The translations under genes and the position numbers were made by a program. Under the pieces are notes generated by a model, which did not search any database, was not told the origin of the DNA, and worked only from the letters and a program-made list of their open reading frames with translations. Shown one piece after another: positions 12,801 to 23,326 of a stretch of DNA of 64,000 bases. Source of the DNA: Takakia lepidozioides (Eukaryota; Plantae; Bryophyta); contig CM060733.1 of the NCBI GenBank assembly GCA_030704615.1, positions 3,534,001 to 3,598,000 of the forward strand, written 5' to 3'. Numbering within the stretch: position 1 is the first letter of the stretch; every line of letters starts with the position of its first letter.

Positions 12801-15800
12801 CTCTAGGATTTCCATTTCTCCTTCTCTTTCTTCATAGAAATGTGATGGGTAACTGCTGGTTTCCTCTTCAGTTGGTGTTGCTGTCACTACACCACAGCAG
12901 ATACCTCTTAAACAACTTAGGCTTTCCAGCCGCATCTCTGCAACCTGCTCCCACTCTGGGTGTGCAGCAAATAGGGTAGCTTCCTGCTCCTCATCCAGTC
13001 CTCCTCTCCAGTCATACTCTCTGACTCCTCGAGGTCTTCTTGTAGCAGGTAATCTACTAGATTTCTTTGTGGTAATTTGTATCTCGTGTATCCCATTATG
13101 CACGGTTAGTAACTGAGAATTCCAGTCATGGAATACCCTGGCCTGTTTCAGCCACGGACGTCCCAATAATAAGGAGTAAGCCTCCATGACTTCATCCATT
13201 TCAACACAGTTACTGTGATCATAAAGATCATCTTCTGTATCTGTATCTTAACTCCTCTTATTAATCCCAATGGCTGTACACTTCTTTGATCTGCCATTGT
13301 TACTGTAAATGGGGCTGGTTTCATGTTACTTAGACCAAGCTTCTTCCTTAATTGGTCTGTCATGATATTTACTCCAGAACCTCCATCTATCAGTACATCA
13401 GTTAGTTCTGTGCTTCCAATTCTCAATTGGATTACTGGCATAGAATCATCAAAGTCCATGACTGTTTCTCGCCCTTCCGGCTTCACATTATAACTGGTCA
13501 CCTTGCTGTTCAGGTCTGTGTTTCCTGTCTCCTGGGCAATTCGATTGATTGCTTGATACAGCCTGTGCCTACAATAAGGTGCCACAGCTAATAGCTGTCC
13601 AATGGTAATTTCTGCTTTGGTCTGGCATATTACTTCAGCCAAAGTCTCTTCATTACTTTGCATGTCTGCATCTTCTTTCTTCCTTTCATCCTCACTCCTT
13701 CTTCTTCTCCATCAGAATCAGAGGAATCTGCCACAGGAATATCAGTACTCTTCTGCATTTCCCTTATAGTATCTGCCACTTCCTTGTGCAGTTCCTTCTC
13801 ATCTTTCCAAGTCTCTTCATCTTCAGGCATATCACTGCCACTCATTATCATCATCTTCCTCTACTACTGGAGTATTAGTTTGGCTTTGCTTCTTGTTACT
13901 ATCATTGTACTTACTTCTGGTACAACACATGGCCTAACCATGTGAGCTGCCACCACTGGGCCCTCATTCACAGGAGCTCTCATCTCATTCTGGTGTCTTA
14001 TCCAGAATGAACAGGCTGCCTTGCGATGTCCTGGCTGATTACAATAGTAACATAGTTCTTCACCATTGGGTCCTCGCCCTTGGTCTGTTCTTGGATTATT
14101 TCTATAATCCTGATTCCCGGGCTGGTAATTCCCCCTTGGATTACCCTGATAGTTGCCTCTGGAATTTCCTTGGTAATTCCCTCTTGAATTACCTCTCCCT
14201 TCCATGCCATTGTTATAACCACCAGACCTACCATAGTGGTCCTGATCATTGTTTCTTCTTGGCTGGGGCTGCACCTGATGCACCCTTACTTGCCTAGGTT
14301 CTCTTGCAGCTGTCCTTCTGTTGTAGTAACAATTCTCAGTAGAATGGTTATCCATTTTACAGATAGTACAGTGTTTCTCCTTCATGTGGCATTCTGTGGT
14401 GGTATGGCCTTCATTCTGGCACTTTGCACACCATACACCTTTCCTCCAATGTGTTGCAGCCTCTGTGGCATACTTCTTCAAGATTTCTTCCAATCTTTTT
14501 CATAGTTATCCCTCTTCAACTTTTCCTTTCTCTTACTCTTCTTTTTAGTTCTTGCTCTTCTTCTTCATCTGACTCATCCTCAGAGTCCTCATCATCCTTT
14601 TTCTCTCTCTGAGCATTCCCAATTGCTCAATTCTGTTTGCAGTTTCAAATGCCTCCTCCACTGTATTATGGGGTAACATATCCACTTTCTTTTGCAACTC
14701 TGGTCTTAGTCCACTCACAAACCAAGTCTTCTGTAAACCGGGTGCTGGTACTGCAGCCAGCTTTTTCATCATCAATTCCATCTTTTCCATATACTCCTTC
14801 AACAGTTTCATGCTTCTTTTGCTTTAACTGTTGTAAACTTCCATACACTTCATCCTCAGTTTTACTTGTCCTGAACCTATTTCGAAATGCTGTATTCAAG
14901 CCATTCCAGGTTAGGAAATGATTATCAGGGAATCTTGCATACCATTCACTTGCTTTCTTGATAAGTGAACAAGGAAACAATCTCATCTTGGCATCATCGC
15001 CATTCTCATTGTTCACTATACACATGTGCTCAAATTGGCTAATGTGTACATCGGGATCCCCTTTTCCTGAATATATTGGAAAGGTGGTTTTGCCCGTGTT
15101 GGTTGTAACGCCATCTGTGGCCCTACCTTCTGCCCACTGACAGGTGGCACCCTTGCTGGTGCTGGTCCTCTGGACCTGTTGTTTTTGTGGTGGATCTTCC
15201 ACCAAGTGGTGGCCCTTGAGCACTCCCTGCTTCCGGCCCCACGATATTCACAGTATTCCCAGCTTCAGTTGCACTACTTCCCACACTCCCTGTCCCCCCA
15301 GAGCCAGATCCAGGCAGCCCGCCTGATCCCCCTGAGCCGACACCTTCGTTGGCCTGTGATCCAAGTGCTCCACTTGATCCAGGTCCAACGGGTTGGGATG
15401 TCCTGGTTGTAGTCTCAACCTCAGCTGTTGGGTCTACTTCTTCATATTCTTCCTCTTCCAATTTCTTCTCTCTGTTTTCATCCTCCAAGTTCTGCCCTTG
15501 GGTTTCTTCTTCACTCATGTAACTCAACTGTAATGGTGTTGGAGAGTCTGAACTCTCCGTTGGCTCTGCCACATCCTCTTCTCCTTCTTCACCTTCCGCT
15601 TCAGAAACTGGAGTTTCCTGCTTTTGGTGTTCCATGCCAACTCTTATCAAAGATTTCTGTCAAATCTTTATCCAGGATACCTCAGATCTTTCACCTCGTG
15701 ATTGATCTTCTTCTGTACCAATTCCCTTAATCTTTCTTGCAAAGAAACAGAAGGAGTGGCATCCAACTCTAGTTCTTCCGGTATGGGTGATGTACTCTTT

Positions 15801-15937
15801 GATCTTAATGGTGTGAGAGGTCCAGATGATTCCCCTATGTCTATTCCTCTCTCCCAAAGATATGGATAATTAGCTTTCAGATAGCTTTCTCTTTTTGCTG
15901 AATATCTCTGGCGTCTAGCTTCTCTTTCATCACTCAT
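9694..15937 (-). pseudogene. gag-pol polyprotein (gag, 3 CCHC knuckles, aspartic protease, RT, RNase H, integrase), multiple frameshifts
   Basis: Gag FPIYSGKGDPDVHISQFE..LFPCSL. Knuckles CAKCQNEGHTTTEC, CTICKMDNHSTENC, CYYCNQPGHRKAAC. Protease VLIDGGSGVNI. RT WLSPIVIVPKKNGKLRVCV..YSFMDGFSGYNQ. RH HVHCDAS..AERNYSTTEREALAM..DHQAL. INT H..GGH..CDEC, WGLDFVGP, SDQGSHF, QAEATNK, WKGPY. Confidence 0.95.
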
Positions 15938-16437
15938 GTCCCATGTCTTTCATTTCTTTTAATGTGGCAATAACCAAAACTCTCTTCTGTAATATCTCTC
16001 GTATTGCCTGGGTTTCTTTCAAGCTTCAATGCACCCTTGGCTATACTTGAAGTCTCCGTTACCATATAACCATATGGCAAACAAGTCTGGAAAGTTGTTC
16101 TTGGTGTGAGTTTGATCCACAAAATATCCTTTGGAATCCAATTCTTTACCAGTACAAGCTCTTCATGCATATGAGTATAAACATTCACCTTTCTTTCTTC
16201 CCAGCCTTCAAACTCTACTCGCTTAATGGATAGCAATGCTATCACATAAACCAATGTTGGTAACCAACGTGCTCTTCCTCTACAGGCTACCTGATAAATC
16301 TTTATCACTCCTTTCTCCAGACCCCATTCCGGATCAGCATCATGCACTCTCTTAAGAATGTTTTTTACAACAACCGTCTGGCAATTCCAAAAACCTCTGG
16401 AAGAATTGTTTGGACAATCTTCCCTTCTCAGTTTCAC
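15934..16437 (-). CDS. Extra ORF between PBS and gag (>=167 aa, unknown function)
   Basis: An open frame fills the 5' leader, and its TGA overlaps the gag ATG (ATGA at 15937-15934). The start codon is uncertain. Confidence 0.45.
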   Translation of the reverse strand: MKLRREDCPNNSSRGFWNCQTVVVKNILKRVHDADPEWGLEKGVIKIYQVACRGRARWLPTLVYVIALLSIKRVEFEGWEERKVNVYTHMHEELVLVKNWIPKDILWIKLTPRTTFQTCLPYGYMVTETSSIAKGALKLERNPGNTRDITEESFGYCHIKRNERHGT

Positions 16438-16524
16438 AAGGAATTTGATTCACTCAAATTCTTTAATTCTCCAACCACCATGATCCCACCAGATGCCTGT
16501 CACATCTGGTTGTTCATGACCCAG

Positions 16525-16542
16525 TCCCCAGTATGGTCGCCA
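16525..16542 (-). other. Primer-binding site TGGCGACCATACTGGGGA (non-Met tRNA, probably Arg-type)
   Basis: Starts with TGG 2 nt after the 5' LTR end and resembles Athila/Tat/Ogre-type PBSs (TGGCG..GGGGA). Confidence 0.8.
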
Positions 16543-16544
16543 AA

Positions 16545-17372
16545 TGTCGCGCGGCTTTTACTCACCCATCCCTTCGCTATCCGAGGCGGAAACTCCAAGA
16601 TAGAAGAGTTGGAAATCTCTAAGTACTCAGCCCGCACAGAACAATCAGTCATGACCTACAGCTAGTGTATCATGGGGGTGTTTCCTATTTGTTTCCCTTT
16701 CCGCATTCATGTTAGCTACCTTACCATTGATAATTAAGTATCAGTTTGCTTCATCAATCTATCGGATTCCATCAACTCATCAATTCATTCCCACAGCTTC
16801 ACTCAGATCTCTCTACACAGTGTGATTGTATCGTATAAGTATCAGATTATGATTTATCAGGTATCAGGCCGAAGCCATTGTGTCTCTATCTGCTCTACAA
16901 TATCACTACAGCTTTGCATATAACAATCATCTACTAATCATCTTCCCTCCTTCACCGTGCTCTCCGATCTTACTCTTCGCCCGATCTCCTCTCATGCCTG
17001 ACCAAGAACTCCCCCTCCTCAACTGTTTTTCCTCAAAATCCCCCTACCCGTGGCTCTAACCGTTTCCCTCACTAAAACCGTCGTCCGTGCACTAACCAGT
17101 TCCATTTGCAGGTGTTTGTTCCCCACATCGTTCCCTGTCCTGCTCTTCCCTCCCTCCCTATCCTCCTTTCCCTATGATCGTGACAATTTGTGGCAAGCTG
17201 TTGACTGTCTGTGTCGGCTGTGACGACTGTGACGGGCTGTGTAACCCCCCCTCTAACAGTGCGCTTTGTCCCCCCCCTAAGCTCCTGTAGGTCTCAGTCT
17301 GTGCTAAAATTAAGGGTACCCTACACCTATGATCCCGTATAAGAGTCTAAGTCCACAGACAGTCCTCTAACA
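16545..17372 (-). repeat. 5' LTR (828 bp)
   Basis: Direct repeat of 4536-5430. First ~380 bp are near-identical; the remainder has many 1-bp indels and a shorter ggctgtg array. Confidence 0.95.
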
Positions 17373-18191
17373 GCCTCCTTCCACATCTTCAGACTGGTCC
17401 CCTCGTCGTTATGTCTCGCTTGAAAGTCTCACATGCCAGCTTGTCCATGATGTTTCTATGTCATGCTCAAGCACAACATCATCACGACAACCCTTCTCTT
17501 CCATTCTCAGACCTTGAATGTCAAATACATGTTGTTTCATGTTGGGCCATGATTTCAAGCCGGTGTCAACCCAACACGTATGCTATCTGTTATCCACACT
17601 TAACCTCTTCACTAAGTTGAGGTGCGTGTTCGAAACAGGTGTTACTTGAAGTCGAGTCAATGTGGCCCATTGGCAAGACCTTGTCACATCCATCAACATG
17701 GTTTTTGTTGTGTATGTTATGACACAAGAGAAGGGATGCAGGCAGCATCGTCCAATCCTAACTGACAGACGCAACCCCTCTTGATGGACTCCTCCCTAAA
17801 CTCTTCTTCCCGTCTCGGCCCTTTGTGGTTGTTGTAAGAAGGCGATGAAGCATCCAACACACACACCCTCTCCTCCATGCCGTTCCTTCTCTTCAAAGAA
17901 TCTTTATTGACAGTACTACATTTGTTTGCGCTTGTCCTCAGGTCCATAGAATAATGGAACCTAAACATGATGAGAACTATGTTGGCGGAGTGGAACACCT
18001 CGGAGCAAGAAGCATAAAAGCATTTGACAAAATAGAAGAGCAAACAATGCAAACAAGCAGCATGCCATTACAAAGAACACATAGAGTCCATCCAAAACCA
18101 CAAAGGTGAAGGCGGACTGTATCACAGAGAGCACTATTGGCCCTGGAGCTAAGAGCTCTCCCTCCCTCAGGCTTTCTCTCTTTTTAGGCAC
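17373..18191 (-). pseudogene. 5' part of the interrupted MULE/SWIM transposase gene
   Basis: ESIKRGCVCQ (cf. SKRGCxCHF of At4g13970-like proteins). RHNDEGTSLKMWKE abuts the LTR and joins in frame to GQPQSVFFYQE on the other side. Exon limits are approximate. Confidence 0.7.
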
Positions 18192-18619
18192 CGTTTCTGG
18201 TTGAAGTGAGTGGATGCCTCTGCCCTTTCTTCCTCCCCTCTCTCACAAAATCGTCGATCCTGCTCCAGGAATGACGCAACATCCGTATATACAGATTTCC
18301 ACCTCCACTTGAAATAGTTGGAGTCCTATATAAGCGACCTGTGGTTGAAGGAACCACCGGGGTAATTGCAACGTGCCACGTAGTTGTGTAGAAGGAATGA
18401 CGTGCGCAACTCCGAAGATCCAGTCATGATGCCCAGCACCCCTGTAGAGGAACTATACACAGCAGCAGACCACACGCGTCCTGCAGAAACCAGTCAACAG
18501 CAGCAAACTACACCGTCAAGTTGCAGCATACACACTCGCAAAGAGGATCAAATCTGCAAGCAGCCGGAAACCCTAAATTTCAATACATCCACTCCACTCT
18601 GTTCCATCTCATAGACCAA

Positions 18620-19680
18620 AATGGCCGGGGATGCCATGGCCGTTGGATGGGGGAGGACGATATGATGAACAGAATGATAGCCACGTGCAAACCACCCTGA
18701 CATTTGACACGTGGAAGGGGGATCGCTCGCGGGGGGGTGGGGGTCAAGGGTGGGGAAGACACGTGGCATGGCGGCGGCGGGTGGAGCGGCGGCTTCGGGG
18801 AATCGGGTCTTGGATGGGAGAGGGGATCGACGGCTACGGAAACCACCACGTGGTGGTAGAAGACAGAGGGGGATCAATTCCCGGTTTGGACGGGGGATCA
18901 ACCGAGGGGGGGGGAGCGGCCCGGGGGATTGCCACATGGATGGGAGGACAGGATCGAATGCCGGGGGACCGCGGATGACCCAGTTTTGAGTTTGGATGGA
19001 TGCGCAGGGGATCCGCTCTTCAGGGGAGCACCACGTGCGGCCGATGGCTGGGGGGGATCAGTGACCGCATTGGACGGGGGCATCAAACGAGGGAGGTGGG
19101 ATCACCTAGTTGCGGGGGAACGGACTTCAATGGGATGGGGATTGACGGCGGGGAGCACACGTGCGGTGGGCGTGCCTTGGGCCTTCATCCGGCCGTCATC
19201 CATCCATTGCCGTGCGAAGGATGCCGGGGGATGAGGGGCGGATGACTCAGAACATCCATTGTTTTTTAGGTTGGATGGATGCCAGGGGATCGACGGTTTG
19301 GGGGGGGAGCAGCACGAGCGGGCGATTAGGGGTAGGGGAATCACTCCCGGTCCGGAGTGGGGATCAGCGGTTGGGGGAGTGGCGACGTGTCGTTGGATCA
19401 CGCTGTGGATGGGACGAGGGGATCGGGGAGCGGTGGGGGGAGTGCCACGTGTCGCCCGATGGGTGGAGGGGGATCAATTCACCGCATTGAACGGGGAATC
19501 AACCCGAGGGAGGGGGTGGCGACTGTTGGGGGATCGGGCCGTCGATGGGAAGAGGGGGATCGGCGGTGGGGGGCCGGCACGTGGCCTGTCAGTCAGTCAT
19601 CGCCCCTTCATCCGGCCGTCGCCCATCCCTTGCGCGGGAGGATGGTCGGGGGGATTAGGGGCGGATGACACACAACATCC
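18620..19680. repeat. GC/G-rich region with repeated GGGGATC and CACGTG motifs and a duplicated ~75-bp block; probable subterminal region of the MULE-like element
   Basis: ttcatccggccgtc...ggggcggatgac..aacatcc occurs at ~19184-19257 and ~19607-19680. About nine CACGTG copies. Confidence 0.65.
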
Positions 19681-21200
19681 AAGGAAGCAAGCCGTCAGGC
19701 TAGGCTTCCTCAGTCATTCACCATTGGCGGAGACAGTGTCGACGCCATCCATGGCACCGAGTTCTCGCCCGACTGTTACCGAGGCAGAGGTTACTTCTAT
19801 GCCATTGGGGAGAGCTACGCGGCAGCACCACTACCTAGTGTTTGCCAAGCTATGGCAGCTAGTGGTGCTGCTAGGGCGGCCACATCTATGTGCCAAGGCT
19901 CCATTTTCTTGGCTACCTGATTGCGACGCTGGGGGAGACCAGCTGAGGTGTTCAGGCTGGCAGCTACACTCTGTGAGAGTAGGAGGTTATTTCATCTTAT
20001 TTCATCATCGGAGATAAGGAGGTGTAGTGCCGGAGGGATCCTCGGATTTGAGGGTCAAGACTGCCCACGTGCGGCGCCATGGCAAGCTGTAGCTGCCAGG
20101 TTGGCGAGCTGCCAGCTAGGCCAGCCATTGAGCGCGCCATGGTGAACACCTGGAGTTGTCCATTTAGACAACAGGATGACATTTTTCTGTTTGATGGACT
20201 GGCAGGCAAGAGGTACCGGCCACTTCGGGTCTTGTTGGACTCGGTAGCTCAGCCATTGATTCTAGGTAGAGTTTGCTATTGCAGGCTTGGGCCTCACGGA
20301 GGCGGATATCGAGCCTTGTCCTTTCCAAATACAAATATCTCTAGGAGGATCGGAGCAGGCTTTGGGCATGACACGGCGTGAGTTGGCTATCAGACTACGG
20401 CCAGATCACCTTACAGATGGCTCAGTGGTGCGAGCCAAGGCCATTGTGACAGACGCGGTCTCGTACGATGTCCTGGTTGGTGGGGCAGTGTTGTACCCCA
20501 TGGGCTTCACCCTAGATTTTTGGGAGAGTCAGCTTCCTATAGGCCTGGATGGCAGTCAGTGGAGGGCTGGCATGTGCAGCTCCCTGTGCCGTTCATAGGA
20601 GGAGTTGCGGTTGCCCCATCGAGGCAAGAATGCCGACACTAGCAGCATTCACGCTGCAGTGACTTGGCCTGGAGAGTTGCTTGAGGGTCACGCTCATTCA
20701 AAGGATGTATCACCTCCGGGAGAGCAGGATGACATGTATTGTATGGCGGAGTTGTCTGCCATGATTGGTCAAACTCCATTGTGGGGCACGAGCAAGGATT
20801 TACAGCGGGTTGCTGATCGACGGGTGCAACAAGCCTGGGTAGAGGCTTTTGTGTACCATCAAGAGAGGAGGAGAGTGCGGGGATTGCACCAGGACCACCT
20901 TATTGTCTCCATTGGACACCAACACCTATATGTGGCATATCCGGATGAGGCATTTGCCTTCTGGACTTGTTTGGCGGGATCAGCACCGGATTGGCTTTGT
21001 TGTTTACAGGCACGTGTGCGAGTTTCGTCGTTACACTGGTATGTGGAAGAGGGTGAGACTGCACAACTCGTTGTTTATAGCTTTCACTTTGCCATGTTTT
21101 CTCAGTTGGTGCAGCCGTACACCCTGAGTTGTTGCCGGTGTCTGCTGTTCGTGATTATCACAGGCCTTGCCAGTAGACAGTTCGGGGGCGCGAATTGACA
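19681..21200 (+). mobile_element. Degenerate retrotransposon polyprotein fragment: aspartic protease followed by N-terminal part of a C5 cytosine DNA methyltransferase domain
   Basis: RVLLDSVAQPLILG (20226-20267) and YDVLVGGAVLYPMGFTLDFW (retropepsin-like). ICLLDLFGGISTGLA at 20952-20996 (motif I, FxGxG-like), then LQARVRV..YVE (motif II) and PELLPVSAVRDY in shifted frames. Confidence 0.75.
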
Positions 21201-22839
21201 GTGTGAACCTTCTAATGCTTCCACTTCAATGCACGGTTACACAAAAAAATTTAATAACATTCCGATGTCTAATCCCTTCAGCTTCGAGCGAAAAACGATG
21301 CTTTCAAACTCCTCGTTACCAATATCAACATGGCCCAAGGCCTACAATGAACTAAGACACCTTGCCTTAGTTCTAGAAAACACCTTCATAAACTGGAGAG
21401 CTTCAAGCTCCACTCTCTAAGATCTAGGCTTCTTCTAGCAAACTAGACTACAACAAGACAAGGGCAAAGCAAGCAAATGAACTAGGTGAAGAAACAAAGA
21501 AACCTTGCCCTTCTTTTGTACTCTTTTTGGGCATCTTAAACTATTGTAGACTTATTATTAAACTATTATAAACTAGATGGAGATATAGTTTTAAACTACT
21601 AGAATGAAATAAACTAATATTTGGATGGAAACCATCAAGAAGACTAGTCAAATGTTTCTTCATCATCCATTTGGATGGCTAGGTGGCGTTTATCCTTTTC
21701 CTCCAATGAATTAAGTAGAAAACCAATTAATCGGTCGCTACAAGTGCCGTAGGCCTTGTAATTCGGTGCTGCTACTAACCTTAATCATAAATAACAAAAC
21801 TTGGTGATAAATTATGATTAGGTACTTTGTAAGTGCTTGTAAATTCTCAGATCAATCGAAGTTAAAAACATCTTCCAAACGTCGTTCTTCGTGGAAAACT
21901 TGTTGCTAATTCCTTGGAAAATACTCTAATGGTGGTGCTCCTGGGAGTCTCTGACCCTGCTACTTGAGCGTAAAGCTCGGGAGTCATCTCCAACTATCAT
22001 TTGCACCGTCGACTTGTCCATGCTTCGCTCCGAAGTCGTCCCGATTTGCTGTTGTTCTGATGCAGCGTCTTGCAGTTGTTGCGATATCTCATCGCTATAC
22101 AATCTAACTCTAAAATTGCCAAGTCATATCACTGCGTGAACCTACTGGAGAAGAGAAAAGGGAGAAAAGATAGATCGTAACCCGTCCTCAACAGTCGTCC
22201 TCGTACGGTTTGAACAGTTCCAAGTTGTCGCTACTTGTACCGAATAGATAGCCTATCATGTTGTCTATGCAGCTTTCTATGGTCATATTGACGCCAAAGT
22301 CCTACTCCATAGTCGTCTCAGACTCTATCTAAATTCCTAAGTGCTTACGTGGGAAATGATAGACACAATCGGTAGAGGTAGATAGTGGTTGGTCACAAAA
22401 CGTGAGATCTTGTCATACAGGAACCCATTGAGAGGGATTATTAGGCACTGATCGAGCTAGAGAAACATGTCAGGTTCGGATCAAGTAGTACTTCATGAAC
22501 ATCCTGAAGTAGGAGATGGTTTAATTACTTATAATGTAGAGTCAACACCATACATTAATCCACGACCAGCGTTTTACCATCAATATTCGTCAAGAGTACA
22601 CAATGGGGACCTCTGTGTACGAGTCATACATGTTGGGAATAGGGTTACAGTGATATTGTGGACTAGAATAGCATATACATGGGTCATGGTATCCGCCATG
22701 TCAAGAAGAGTGACAGTGAGCGGTAGAAAAGAGATGATCCAAAATGGTGTCTGGACATCTGCCACAAGAAACTAGAATTAACGAAGTATAGCAATAGATT
22801 TCTTTTGTTTTTTGTTACTAACTGATAATACATAGGAAG

Positions 22840-23005
22840 ATGTCGAGTCCATTAGGGGTCGAGGCTCCCTACTATGGTAGGAAATCAGAGGATATGGTGG
22901 ACTGAATATAAAAATTACAAATGGCAGGAGACGTTGGAGACTTATCAGATGACAAGATAGTCATGGTGGCTAGGTTGAACCTCAAAGGTAAAGCTCACAC
23001 GATGA
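22840..23005 (+). pseudogene. Degenerate retrotransposon gag N-terminal fragment
   Basis: MSSPLGVEAPYYGRKSEDMVD*I*KLQMAGDVGDLSDDKIVMVARLNLKGKA resembles the gag capsid F/Y-G..ED..W...L.G.A pattern. Confidence 0.55.
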
Positions 23006-23041
23006 CTGTGATCCCATACATAACCTTGCTCTCCTCACCAC

Positions 23042-23326
23042 TGTCAAGTTATTTCACCACTAGTGTGAAACTAGCTAGGAAATAGCTAGCTTTTACATAT
23101 TGACAGTTGGGATTGGCCCAAGTGTCAATCCAGGGGTCTAGGCCCTGGAGTGGTTATCTTCACGGCAAGCGCGGGGAAGCTCATCTTTCTTCTTGCACTC
23201 CCAAACCTGAAAGTACAAGCCTTCAACAGGCTGAAAGCATGCTCTACACATGCATTGCCCTCACATAAGGGAAGTCAGCCCTTCCCTCTTCCTTGCTTGC
23301 CCTCCAAGCTTGAAGATGGGAGCTTC
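23042..23326. repeat. Rearranged fragment of the repeat at 36663-39711 (direct part plus inverted part)
   Basis: 23042-23190 matches 36663-36819 directly. 23191-23326 matches the reverse complement of ~37708-37843. Confidence 0.85.

Larger units (their letters stand above)
4536..17372 (-). mobile_element. Full-length Ty3/Gypsy LTR retrotransposon (~12.8 kb), non-chromovirus type, with extra ORFs
   Basis: Two direct TG..CA LTRs, PBS, PPT and gag-PR-RT-RH-INT order. 5-bp target duplication CCCTC (4531-4535) / GCCTC (17373-17377) with one mismatch. Confidence 0.95.

Noticed and set aside
19259-20017. 252-aa Gly/Arg-rich ORF
   Set aside because: Stop-poor GC-rich repeat sequence crossing an element boundary.
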